Origin: a virus
Taxonomy: Duplodnaviria > Caudoviricetes
Virus record (IMG/VR): IMGVR_UViG_3300028586_000028
Location: 1 to 51,568 of that record
Strand: one strand, 5' to 3'
Length of the DNA: 51,568 nt
The notes below the pieces were generated by a model that worked only from the letters and a program-made list of their open reading frames with translations, was not told the DNA's origin and did not search any database. Below, one piece after another: positions 8,137 to 17,154 of this stretch (the first letter of the stretch is position 1; each line of letters begins with the position of its first letter). The position numbers were made by a program, and so were the translations under genes.

Positions 8137-8316
8137 CTAGACCTTGGGGCGCTTCCAAAAGAAGGCGCACAGCACGAACACGGCCACGCCCACTAGCACC
8201 CATACCAATCGCGGCCAGCCTTCTGGGGCGTGAACGACGAAGTAAGAGAAGGCCCAAATCAGGACACACAGTAGGGCGCCGATGATGACGCTGAAACGCT
8301 GAAGGGTGTTAAACAT
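8137..8316 (-). CDS. Two-TM peptide (59 aa), holin/antiholin candidate
   Basis: Hand-translated MFNTLQRFSVIIGALLCVLIWAFSYFVVHAPEGWPRLVWVLVGVAVFVLCAFFWKRPKV; starts 4 nt after the endolysin stop. Confidence 0.65.
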   Translation of the reverse strand: MFNTLQRFSVIIGALLCVLIWAFSYFVVHAPEGWPRLVWVLVGVAVFVLCAFFWKRPKV

Positions 8317-8320
8317 GGTA

Positions 8321-8962
8321 TTATACTTTAGGGAGCCGGGCTAGCCAGCTATTGAGGAATACTTTCGACTTGGGGTCAGGCCGCAGGTTCAGCCCTTGCA
8401 GCAAGGCCAGCACAGCGGGGGCGGGGGTGCGCACGGCAGCCCGGTACTCGTAGAAGTCGCGCCGCAGCTGCACGAAGGCCCGCAGCAACTTGGGTTGGTC
8501 GGCGGCATTGATGGCCGCCAGGGTTTTCGGCCCCATCTGCCCATCAACTAGCAGCAGCTTGGCACCCGCCACCTGGTTCACGGCGAACTGAATCATCTTC
8601 GGCGGCCGGCCGGTGCCCGCGCTTGTGCCGTGGTCGGCTAGTTGCTCGGCTAGCTGCTGATTAGTCACGTAGTCCAAGCCTAGCTTGTCCCAATACAGGC
8701 TCTCGTAAAAGGCCAGTAGTGCGGGCTTCATGGCCGGCTCCAGGGCCAGCGCCTTGTTGATGGCTGCGTAACCGGATTTCGCTACCGGCGACGTTAGCCC
8801 CAACTTTTTCTTGACAGCGTCTACTAGCTTCCAGCCCGCCCACTGCGGGTTATACACGCGGGCCACCCCGGCATAAGTCTCCCCGCCGGGGTCGGCTGGG
8901 TGGTCCACATAGCCGCCTTCGTGGCTCATGAGTTTCGGGAAAAAGAGCTTGAAATCTGCCAT
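8321..8962 (-). CDS. Endolysin, glycoside hydrolase family 108 with peptidoglycan-binding domain
   Basis: HEGGYVDHPADPGGETY.G motif; VDG.MGPKTLAAIN; FLNSWLAR. Confidence 0.92.
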   Translation of the reverse strand: MADFKLFFPKLMSHEGGYVDHPADPGGETYAGVARVYNPQWAGWKLVDAVKKKLGLTSPVAKSGYAAINKALALEPAMKPALLAFYESLYWDKLGLDYVTNQQLAEQLADHGTSAGTGRPPKMIQFAVNQVAGAKLLLVDGQMGPKTLAAINAADQPKLLRAFVQLRRDFYEYRAAVRTPAPAVLALLQGLNLRPDPKSKVFLNSWLARLPKV

Positions 8963-8965
8963 AGC

Positions 8966-9625
8966 TTACACGAGGTTTTCAGCCGCCTTGCGGGCGCGGC
9001 GCCGGATGATGAGGAAGAGGATGCCGCCCACGGCCGCCGCTGCCAGCACGTAGCCCAGCGGGCCAGTCAGGTTATCTGCGATGGTGGCCAGCGGGCCGGG
9101 TGCTTCTTTGGTGGTGTCCTGCTTTTTTTGGTCGGTGCTGTTGCCGTCACCATTCACCGCAGCCAGGTTGCCGCCGCCTTCGAGTGCGTTCAGGCTGGCG
9201 CTATCCGAGGCCACCACGGCCGGGCCGGACTTCTTGCCTGTCACGCTCGCCACGGCTCCTTCTGCCGTAGCGGCGGTGGCTTTCTTGGCTACAGTGGTGG
9301 TGGTGACGGTGGCGCCGGGGGCCGCGTTGATGATGGTGCAACCTTTGCACTTTCGTGGCCCGGGTTGTGCGCCAGCTATAATCTTCGTTTCTGGGTTGCT
9401 AAGGGTGTTTTTCTTCCCGAAAAGCCCCAAAAAGCCGGTTTTCTGCACCAGCGGTGGCTCAGGTGTTTTCTGCTCAGAATTACCGGCTGGGCTATCCGGC
9501 TGGCCTAGGGGGGTGCCTTCGGCGCGGCTCACGTCACGCTCGGGGGTGGGCTTAGCGGTGCGGCAGCCGGCCAGCGCGGCGGCGATAGTCCAGCCGATTA
9601 GGAGTAGGAGGAATAAGCGTTTCAT
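8966..9625 (-). CDS. Lipoprotein with C-terminal TM helix, unimolecular spanin candidate
   Basis: LAGC lipobox, plus YVLAAAAVGGILFLII-RRR at the C-terminus; adjacent to the endolysin. Confidence 0.7.
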   Translation of the reverse strand: MKRLFLLLLIGWTIAAALAGCRTAKPTPERDVSRAEGTPLGQPDSPAGNSEQKTPEPPLVQKTGFLGLFGKKNTLSNPETKIIAGAQPGPRKCKGCTIINAAPGATVTTTTVAKKATAATAEGAVASVTGKKSGPAVVASDSASLNALEGGGNLAAVNGDGNSTDQKKQDTTKEAPGPLATIADNLTGPLGYVLAAAAVGGILFLIIRRRARKAAENLV

Positions 9626-9966
9626 GGCAATAGGGCAAAAACTACTACCTCGTCACCTTGTATCTCGGTGCTAAAGCAGGAGTAGAGTTGCTTCTCGTAT
9701 TTCTGGCACAGGTCGGCATGTAGCTCAATAAACCGGCCCTTCATGGGGAATTTGTCGCGGTGCGATTTCAGTGAACTCATTTCCTGCTTAGTAGGCGTAA
9801 AGCGGAATAGCTCCTTGGTTTCGCTTTCCTCAAGCTCTTTGGTAAGTACTAAGGGCGGCGCGGCCACTTCTGCCCGCCAGGCACGACTGTTCAATCCAGG
9901 GATGCCCACCTTTTCAAGCGGGAAGGGCAGCATTGCGCCCACTACATTTATTCGGCCGATATTCAT
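9622..9966 (-). CDS. Hypothetical protein (lower GC) within the lysis module
   Basis: ATGA overlap with the downstream gene. Confidence 0.6.
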   Translation of the reverse strand: MNIGRINVVGAMLPFPLEKVGIPGLNSRAWRAEVAAPPLVLTKELEESETKELFRFTPTKQEMSSLKSHRDKFPMKGRFIELHADLCQKYEKQLYSCFSTEIQGDEVVVFALLP

Positions 9967-10011
9967 GCGGGCTTCGGGGGTTTCACAAGTGGCGTAGCGG
10001 CGGCGCGGCGT

Positions 10012-10332
10012 TTAGTCGATTGGCGGGGTGGCGGCTTCTTCTGCATTGGCTGGTGGCGGTGGGGGAGCGGGGCCGGCCGGGGGTTCACTTGCGCCCATCA
10101 CGGGCAGCCCGGTGCCGGACGTTTGCCGGGCTTTGATATATTGCAGGCCGCCTGAGTAAGCTAGCAAGGCATACATCGGCTCGGCTGTCAAGTCTTTATC
10201 GCCTCGAAATTTGAGGTAGGCCATTACGGCCCCCCACGCCAGGGCGCCGGCGAAAGCCGCCGCCTTGAATAGGTCGCGGGCGACTACGTGGCGGGTCTTC
10301 GGGTCGCGGATGATGTCGTCAAGCCACCTCAT
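10012..10332 (-). CDS. Holin candidate
   Basis: Hydrophobic helices and lysis-module position. Confidence 0.6.
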   Translation of the reverse strand: MRWLDDIIRDPKTRHVVARDLFKAAAFAGALAWGAVMAYLKFRGDKDLTAEPMYALLAYSGGLQYIKARQTSGTGLPVMGASEPPAGPAPPPPPANAEEAATPPID

Positions 10333-10733
10333 TTGCCTCCTTGGTTTAGCAGCCGGTCCAGCTTCTCGTTCATCTGCTGAAGCGAGCGGCTCTGGCTTTC
10401 CTGCTGCGACTTCATCACGGCCACGTCGGTCTTCATCTCGCTCAACTGGCTGATTTTGGCCTCGTGGTCGTTGTGGCTGCGCTTCATCTCGTCCCCTATC
10501 TTCTCCATGGCTAGCTGGTGGTGGGTGTTAAGGGACTGTTGCAGCTCTTTCCAGGTCAGCAGGTCAGCCATGTCTTTGTCTCGCTTTTTCTGCGTTTCCC
10601 GCGAAGGGGCGCTCAGGTAGACATAGATGGAAAAGGCAATGGGCAAGAGGCGCATTCCCCACTCCATGAAGCGCACATCGGCACTTTGGGCGGCGGTGGT
10701 TTGGAGCAGGTCAGTCAGCAGCAAAAGCGGCAT
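10329..10733 (-). CDS. Membrane-anchored coiled-coil protein (holin-like)
   Basis: N-terminal TM segment, coiled coil ending KLDRLL. Confidence 0.65.
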   Translation of the reverse strand: MPLLLLTDLLQTTAAQSADVRFMEWGMRLLPIAFSIYVYLSAPSRETQKKRDKDMADLLTWKELQQSLNTHHQLAMEKIGDEMKRSHNDHEAKISQLSEMKTDVAVMKSQQESQSRSLQQMNEKLDRLLNQGGK

Positions 10734-10760
10734 AGAGTAGAATCTTTAGCAGCGGGGCGG

Positions 10761-12608
10761 CTAGAAGCGGGTAACCCTGAGCGGGTTGGCGGGGTCGGCT
10801 AGGTTGGGGAAGGTGGCAGCCTGTTGGTCGTTCACGCTATCGAGGCCGTAGACCACGCAAGCAGCTTCGTTGTACTGCGCCTGGCTCAGCACGCAGCCCG
10901 CGTTGGCAATAGCTTGCAGCTCGGCATCGCCGGCCGGGGCGCGGTTGAACTGGAAGATGTGCTGCATCCCGCCTTCAATGGCGAAGCCGTTTCTTACCGT
11001 GCCGTCTACATATTGGAGCGCCCCCCAGCGCGTGGGGTCGGCAGTGCCTTGCAGCGGCTGGCCGATAAAGCGGCTCACTACCTGCGCGCCGCCCTGCACG
11101 GCTATCTTGAGAAACTGGCCGTCAAAGCCGAACGCGACGCCGGTTTGCACGCCTTGCGGCAGGTTGGCCCGGCGGTCAATGCCGAAAAAGTCATTGCTGC
11201 CATCGGCCTTAAACAAACGGGTAGCCAGCGTTTGGGCGTAGGCGTTCACGGTCAGTCCTTCGGCGCCGCTGCCGTTGACGCCTTGGCTCAGCAGGCTCTG
11301 AAACTGTGCGGCGTCGTCTATGGTATCAAGGCGGTAAGCCCCGCCGACCATAAAGCCAGTGGTGGAGGTAGCCGGCACGCCGGGCGCCGACACAAAGGCT
11401 TGCGAATACTGCAAGTAGCCGAGTTCGAGTGGGCCGCCGGGGGGCGGTGGGGGCGCCTGCACATTGTTGGCCGCCTCGTAGAGCCGGTCGCCCCAGGTTA
11501 CCATGCTGGGCTGATTAATGTGAACTTGGTCGGGCAGAAAGGCCGTGCTGTCGTTGCGGTAGAGCTTGTAGCGGTCGGGGTAAAGCGCAACCAACTGCTC
11601 CTGGTAGCTGGCGACGCTTTGGCTGCTGACCTGCGGGGCGCGGGGAAGCAGGCGCAACGTATCAGCATCGCAAATGCCCTCGCTCTCAAACCGGTTTAGC
11701 AAGCCGTGCATGTCGGCGGGGAAGTTGGCATTGCCTCCCTCGCTTTCCTTCACGCCGAACGAAATCCACCGGACTTTGAGCGTGGCGCCTTGCGTGGCGG
11801 CGTAGGCCTGGAAGCGCAGAGCCTGCCGCTTGAAATCCGCGAAGATCTCCTGCTGCCACTTGGCAATGGTGGCTCCATCCGTATTGGTCGGATGGTTGAC
11901 GTTTTGCTTGAGCAGGTAGCATTTCTTGCCATCGGTCGCGTGGTCAGCCGACCACCGGACGGCGTATTGCATCTCCATGCCTGCGCCATCGTAGTACCCC
12001 GCCAGGCCACCGGGGATGGTAACCCCATCCGAGCGCACGTACGGGTAGCCATTTGGCGGTGCAGGATAGCCGGCGTTGCCGTTCAGGCCGCACTCGTTGA
12101 CGCCGATTTGCAGCGGCTCTACCTGGTTCGTATCGTCGTTCCAAATCGGGACAAGCGGAAACGGCTGGCCAAACGTTGCCGCAGGGAAGTCCCGAATCGG
12201 GGCCAGGCCTGAATCGTTGCTTTGGCCGGCGATAATACCGACTTCCCACACGCTAGCCCCGCCCGCCGTTACCTGAATGGCAGCCGAGTAGCCCGAGCTG
12301 CTGTACGCGCCCGTGCCCAAGGCCATTACCCGGTAAGAATAGGTATTACCGGCCTGTACGTTGGCATCGGTGAAGCTGGTAGTAGGCCCGCTGTAGACCT
12401 GCGCGTAAGTGCCCGTGTTGGCCCCGCTGACCGGTGCCCGCTGCAACCGATAGCCGCTGCTGTTGGCCACCGGGTTCCAGCTGGCGCCGTTGCTGCCGGC
12501 CATCGTAACTACCGAGAGGCCGGTAGGTGCGGCGAGTTGAACGGGGGTAGTGCCCGCGCCTTGGTAGGGAGGGTACGTCTCTGAAAAGGTGGCGAGGTAG
12601 GTAGCCAT
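10761..12608 (-). CDS. Virion appendage: Fn3, SGNH/SASA-type carbohydrate esterase and LamG-like domain
   Basis: APTGL...W..V...GY...R...Y.Y.V.A Fn3 pattern; IIAGQSN and PDQVH catalytic motifs. Confidence 0.75.
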   Translation of the reverse strand: MATYLATFSETYPPYQGAGTTPVQLAAPTGLSVVTMAGSNGASWNPVANSSGYRLQRAPVSGANTGTYAQVYSGPTTSFTDANVQAGNTYSYRVMALGTGAYSSSGYSAAIQVTAGGASVWEVGIIAGQSNDSGLAPIRDFPAATFGQPFPLVPIWNDDTNQVEPLQIGVNECGLNGNAGYPAPPNGYPYVRSDGVTIPGGLAGYYDGAGMEMQYAVRWSADHATDGKKCYLLKQNVNHPTNTDGATIAKWQQEIFADFKRQALRFQAYAATQGATLKVRWISFGVKESEGGNANFPADMHGLLNRFESEGICDADTLRLLPRAPQVSSQSVASYQEQLVALYPDRYKLYRNDSTAFLPDQVHINQPSMVTWGDRLYEAANNVQAPPPPPGGPLELGYLQYSQAFVSAPGVPATSTTGFMVGGAYRLDTIDDAAQFQSLLSQGVNGSGAEGLTVNAYAQTLATRLFKADGSNDFFGIDRRANLPQGVQTGVAFGFDGQFLKIAVQGGAQVVSRFIGQPLQGTADPTRWGALQYVDGTVRNGFAIEGGMQHIFQFNRAPAGDAELQAIANAGCVLSQAQYNEAACVVYGLDSVNDQQAATFPNLADPANPLRVTRF

Positions 12609-13717
12609 TAGGATTTGTAGTAAGAGAGCACCTCCACATCCCAGGTCCCGGCCGTGGCCTTGGCGTAGAGCGTGGTACCGGCGGGTAGTTCGATGAAAAT
12701 GGGCTGCATGGGGGCCAGCACGGCGTTCAGGCCGGGCAGCAAGGCCAGGGTGTAGGTCTTGGTGAAGACCTCCGCGCCGCCGGGCGTGGTGCCGACCATG
12801 ATGGTGGCTCCGATGGCCGGAGCGGTGCGCATAGTCAGGACCACGAAGTATGGTTTGGCCTTGCGGCCTTGCGGCGTGGGGTCAGTGAGCGGGCCGGGCT
12901 GCATAGCCGTAGCGGTAGCGCCCACGGCCGTAGCAAAGCGAATCGGCGCGTTCAGGCCGCCATAGGTTTGGTCCAGGCGCGGGGCGGCGGCGGCTAGTGT
13001 GGCGGCGGGGACCATGATGGAGCCGGTTGCCACGTCGCCGGTTTTTAGCAGGCGCAGCGCCGTATCGGCCTGCAGGGCGGGTACGGTGGTGTTGAGCAGC
13101 CCGTCGATGCGGCCCCGCTCGGTGGTCAGGGCTGCCGTGGTGGCACGTAGCGCAATGGCCGATGTGTTAGCCGCCACGTTGCTGTTGGTCGTTGCCAAGT
13201 CGGTGGCTAGCGCCTTTGCTGCTACGGTGGTGGTGAGCGCCTGCAAGTCAGTCGCGGCGGCCTTCGTTCCCACCGTAGTGGTGAGCGCCGTGAGGTCAGC
13301 GGCCATTGCTTTCGTAGCCAAGGCCGCGGTGGCGGCCGTTGCGTTGCTGTTGACCGTGGTGGTGAGCGCCCCCAAACCCGCCGTAGTAGCCGCCTGCTGC
13401 TGCAAAAGCGGCGCTACTACGCTCGTGTTGTAGGCGCTCAGGGCATTCGTAATCTGCGTAGGCAGCGCGTTTTGTACGGCCGCCAGGGTGCCGCTGAGCT
13501 GCTGAATAACGGTACTTTGCTCGTTAATGATGCCCGCCTGCTGCGTTAGCACCTGCTGCGTGTCCTGCTGGTACTGCTGAAACATAGCCAGCAGCCCGGG
13601 TGTGGTGAGCACGGCCGGGCCGGCGACCTTCTCCACCGCCTGCTCTACGGCAACTTTGGTCGCCTCTACAACTGCTCGCTGCTTCGTTTCGTCAAGTACG
13701 TCTGCTAGTAGTGCCAT
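12608..13717 (-). CDS. Tail fibre-like protein
   Basis: Ala/Thr-rich repeats (KA.A.DL.ALTTTV) plus a beta-rich C-terminus. Confidence 0.65.
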   Translation of the reverse strand: MALLADVLDETKQRAVVEATKVAVEQAVEKVAGPAVLTTPGLLAMFQQYQQDTQQVLTQQAGIINEQSTVIQQLSGTLAAVQNALPTQITNALSAYNTSVVAPLLQQQAATTAGLGALTTTVNSNATAATAALATKAMAADLTALTTTVGTKAAATDLQALTTTVAAKALATDLATTNSNVAANTSAIALRATTAALTTERGRIDGLLNTTVPALQADTALRLLKTGDVATGSIMVPAATLAAAAPRLDQTYGGLNAPIRFATAVGATATAMQPGPLTDPTPQGRKAKPYFVVLTMRTAPAIGATIMVGTTPGGAEVFTKTYTLALLPGLNAVLAPMQPIFIELPAGTTLYAKATAGTWDVEVLSYYKS

Positions 13718-13720
13718 GTC

Positions 13721-14989
13721 TTAGCCGAGCTTTACAGTGTAGTGCCACGCCGGCCCCGCGCCGGTCGTGCCGGCGGGAGCCGTGGGGTCGTAAGTGCCTC
13801 TGGCGCAGTAGAAATGCAGGTTGCGGCCCTGCGCGTCCTTGGCGTCGAACTGCTGGCCGGGGTAAGAGCCATCGGGGCTGGCGGCCGGGTCGGCATCGCA
13901 GTCGGTGTAGGCCAGCGCCATGACTTGCTGGATAAAGTCAGTGGTCAGGTCTAGCAGGTCGCGGCCAGTACCGCCGGTGCCGCCTCGTTGGTCGATTACC
14001 TGCCCGCCCGGCTCCAAGATAAACTCCCCGTCCACGGTAGTGCCGGCGGCTAGAATAAGCGTGCCGGCGACCGTGGTGGTGTCTGCTCTAATCTGGCAAT
14101 CCGTGGCCGTTACGGCGGCCCCCGCTACGATGCGATTCGCCTGGCTAAGCCGGCAGTTAAAGAGCGTGCGAGAGGTGATGTCCACGTTGATAAGCTCCGC
14201 CTCACTCACGCGGCCCACCGCCAGCGTCACGCGGCCCGTATTGCCAAACAGCGCGTTGCCCTCCCCGCGTAGCGCGGCAATATCCCCGGAAAGCTCCAGC
14301 CCTTCGGCGTTGGCCGGCTCGTTGAGGGTGATGGCGCCATCGGTGTAGCGGTTGGCGGCTAACAGGTCACCGAGCGTAGCGTAGCCTACAAAGGCGCCAT
14401 CGCCGGCGGCCAGCGTGATGGGGCTAAGGCGCGCTAGCTGGCTCTCGGCTAAGGCTTGTTGCAGCAGCGTTTCCAGTATCTCGGTGTGCTGGCTCTGCAC
14501 TGTAACAGGCGCGGCAAAGGGCAGCCACTCCGCCGAATCAAAGTCGTCACCACTCGTAAACGATGAGGTAGCGGAGAATGCATCTCCTTTATAGGTAACG
14601 AGGTCGTATTGGAGGTAGAAGGTATTGGGGGTGAATTCGCCTCGGTGGCGTCCGTCAACGGGGGCGGTGCTGCCTGTACTTTCCTGAAACAGGTAGTCAA
14701 TAATGGCTTCCAATTCCAGCAAGTCCCGCTTGGGGTTGCCGGCGCTGTAGCGGTTCTTGAGCCGGGCAGCTACCTTGTTTTGCTTGCCCTTTAGCGCCGC
14801 CACAAGGGCGGCGTAGTCCGGTGGGGTGCCGTCGCCGGTGCCGTCTTCCAGGCGGTTAAGAAAGCTGGCCGTGATAGTGAGCAGAATAAGCCGCAGGTTG
14901 GCGGCCGTATTCTGCCGCAGCAGTGGGTCGGTTATCAGCGACTCAATCAGGTCAACTAGCTCGGAGGAAGTCTGGGGGGCAGCGGGCAT
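13721..14989 (-). CDS. Structural/tail-associated protein with CBM-like segment
   Basis: RGEF.PNTFY..YDLVTYKG..F motif; start set at ATG 14989, after the late motif. Confidence 0.65.
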   Translation of the reverse strand: MPAAPQTSSELVDLIESLITDPLLRQNTAANLRLILLTITASFLNRLEDGTGDGTPPDYAALVAALKGKQNKVAARLKNRYSAGNPKRDLLELEAIIDYLFQESTGSTAPVDGRHRGEFTPNTFYLQYDLVTYKGDAFSATSSFTSGDDFDSAEWLPFAAPVTVQSQHTEILETLLQQALAESQLARLSPITLAAGDGAFVGYATLGDLLAANRYTDGAITLNEPANAEGLELSGDIAALRGEGNALFGNTGRVTLAVGRVSEAELINVDITSRTLFNCRLSQANRIVAGAAVTATDCQIRADTTTVAGTLILAAGTTVDGEFILEPGGQVIDQRGGTGGTGRDLLDLTTDFIQQVMALAYTDCDADPAASPDGSYPGQQFDAKDAQGRNLHFYCARGTYDPTAPAGTTGAGPAWHYTVKLG

Positions 14990-14992
14990 ATA

Positions 14993-15027
14993 CAAAACAA
15001 CTTCCCCGCCCCACCCGCCAAGAAGCG
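14993..15027 (-). promoter_or_regulatory. Candidate late promoter copy e
   Basis: CGCTTCTTG-N18-TTGTTTTG-TAT-ATG. Confidence 0.55.
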
Positions 15028-15060
15028 AGGGAGACGGGGAAGCAAGGCAGGCCGCGGCGG

Positions 15061-15648
15061 CTACACCGTGGGGACGGGGGAGGGGATGCGCTTGGGGTCG
15101 TAAAAGCCAAAACCGGAGATATTGCCGGTAATGGTTTGCAGCGCCGTTTCGTCAGCAGGCCAGTTGTAGCCGCACGAAAACGAGCTGGGGCCGCCAATCA
15201 AGCCGCGCTGACCGCCTACCCAGTACTTGTTATCTACGCCGTAGAAGTAGCCAGGCACGCCGCCTTGCTGGGTAGAGCGCATCCAATCGTACCACGCCTG
15301 CTTCGTGTCCTGAATGGTCACGTCGAAGCTGATTTCGGCGGGCTTGGGGAAGTTCACGCCGTTCACACGGTCAAACTGCGGGGTGCCGCGCTGCTTGCTC
15401 AGCGTCCAAACGAGCGGCCCAATCATGGCCTCCGGGTCATCGGGAGCGGTGTCGAACAGGCCCAGGCGGCGGGAGATTTCGGCCGCCGTGGGCACGGCGT
15501 CGAACGGGGCGCGGGTGTAGTAGCCGTTGCGCATCGGCCCGTAGTTTAGCTCGGGCTTGAAGCAGTCAGGAGCAGAGGCAACGCCAGTGGGCAGCGTTAC
15601 ATCATCGCACCCGATTGCCACGGTGGGGTCATCAGGATTTACAGCCAT
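15061..15648 (-). CDS. Probable major tail (tube) protein
   Basis: 195 aa, beta-rich, followed by a hairpin and U-tract; recalled resemblance to Bacteroidota phage tube proteins, unverified. Confidence 0.5.
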   Translation of the reverse strand: MAVNPDDPTVAIGCDDVTLPTGVASAPDCFKPELNYGPMRNGYYTRAPFDAVPTAAEISRRLGLFDTAPDDPEAMIGPLVWTLSKQRGTPQFDRVNGVNFPKPAEISFDVTIQDTKQAWYDWMRSTQQGGVPGYFYGVDNKYWVGGQRGLIGGPSSFSCGYNWPADETALQTITGNISGFGFYDPKRIPSPVPTV

Positions 15649-15687
15649 GAGAAAAAAGGGGGTTGAAGTGAAGGGAGAAGAAAAAGC

Positions 15688-17154
15688 CTACGCGTCCCCA
15701 CAGCCCAGGCAGATGGGAGAAGGGTTGTTGTAAATGCCCCGGCGGTTGAAGTACTGGCGGAACTCCGCCGTGGTGGATTCGCGGATAATGGTGGGGTCTA
15801 GGCTGCTCTGCATCTGGCAGGTAAAGCAACCCGCCTCCGTGTAAATCGGCGTATATACCTCCGGCTCGCTACTCGCTGGCGTGCACGTGCCCCGCGCATT
15901 GGCGTTGGCCTGCCGCTGCGACTCGGCGTAAGCCTGCGCTTGCGCGTCGGCATCCGCCTGGCTGTCGTTGCTGCTGTACGCCCCGGCGGGCACGACGAAC
16001 TCCACCACGCTGCCCACCAAGCCAGGCTGGCAGTCGTTGCGGGTAGCGTACACGGTGAGCCTTGCCGACGTGAAGGCCAGCGGGCAGCGCACGAGGTCCT
16101 GCGCGGCACTCCGCCGCTGCTGCTCCTGGTTGTAGCTGACCGAAGAGGGGTTGAGGTCGCGGTAGGTTTCGAGCAAGTAGCCGGTGCGGGCCAGCCCGTC
16201 CACCTCGCAGCTATACCCGCCGGTGGCGCGGAAGTCTTCGGCCGTGTCGCTCTCGTCGCCGCAGCGCCAGCCCCGGGGGGCGTCGGCTACGGGGTCAAAG
16301 GCCGCGGCTGGCAGGACCGGGACGAGGCAGCCCCGGCTAAGCAGCGGCTCTCTGGTTTCGAGAGTGGCGACGAGCGTGAAGCGCCCCCCATCTGGGGCCG
16401 TGGGGGTAGACTTGACGGTGAGCAGCTTCCACTGGTCGCCATCGGCCAAGAAGTAGCGCGGGGCGCGGGCGGCTAGCAGGGCTTGGGCCAGGTAGTCGGG
16501 CGCGGGGGCTACGGTAAAGGACTTTTGCGCAAACAGGTGGAGCGAAAGCGTGTTTTCGGCCCCCGTGTCGGGGTCCTTGTTGGCTTGCTCCTCGGTGCGC
16601 GGGTCCAGCAGCTGCAAGCTGCCGTTGTCCACGTACAGCCGCTGGCGAAACCCGCGGCCGTAGGGCACGCCGTGCAGCGGGCCGCCGTGGTACCATTCAA
16701 GTAGCAAGTGTGACTGCCTCAGCTGGCCAGCCGGGGCCAGGGCCACGAAGCGCGGGCTTTGGTAGGCGTTATCCACTAGCAACCGCACGGGAATGCCGCA
16801 AGGCAGGGCCAGGCCAGGAATAAGCGCCCCGTCGTAGGTGAAGTGCTCGGTCTGATTGGCCGCATCGGTGAGCTTGGTCAGCACAAGCCCGAGCGCCGGA
16901 ACCGGGTTCACGGCACCCGTGGGCACGAGCGTGGCTAGCCGTTCGCCCGTGTCGGCGTGTTCCAGCCAGGCGCAGCTTACCCACGAGGCATTGGTAGGCA
17001 GTTGCCGGCGGCTCAGCACGAAAGGCAGCAGGCGGTCGTTAGGCGTCTCCAACGCATACGCCTCCCACCCGCCCATGCCGGACCGCACGTCTAGCTCGGG
17101 GGCTAGGCCAGGGTAGGCCCGCAGCGGGAAGGTGTAGGGGTTGAGGGCGGACAC
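15688..17154 (-). CDS. Tail protein with DUF5977-like domain
   Basis: TRNDC..G.VGS.V...VPAGAY.S..SQADADAQA.......QANAN..GTC. Confidence 0.7.
   Translation of the reverse strand: MSALNPYTFPLRAYPGLAPELDVRSGMGGWEAYALETPNDRLLPFVLSRRQLPTNASWVSCAWLEHADTGERLATLVPTGAVNPVPALGLVLTKLTDAANQTEHFTYDGALIPGLALPCGIPVRLLVDNAYQSPRFVALAPAGQLRQSHLLLEWYHGGPLHGVPYGRGFRQRLYVDNGSLQLLDPRTEEQANKDPDTGAENTLSLHLFAQKSFTVAPAPDYLAQALLAARAPRYFLADGDQWKLLTVKSTPTAPDGGRFTLVATLETREPLLSRGCLVPVLPAAAFDPVADAPRGWRCGDESDTAEDFRATGGYSCEVDGLARTGYLLETYRDLNPSSVSYNQEQQRRSAAQDLVRCPLAFTSARLTVYATRNDCQPGLVGSVVEFVVPAGAYSSNDSQADADAQAQAYAESQRQANANARGTCTPASSEPEVYTPIYTEAGCFTCQMQSSLDPTIIRESTTAEFRQYFNRRGIYNNPSPICLGCGDA

Noticed and set aside
10824-12584. 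Long plus-strand ORFs here and elsewhere (e.g. 8900-9674, 29456-30148, 50764-51429)
   Set aside because: They are antisense shadows of well-supported minus-strand genes in high-GC DNA.
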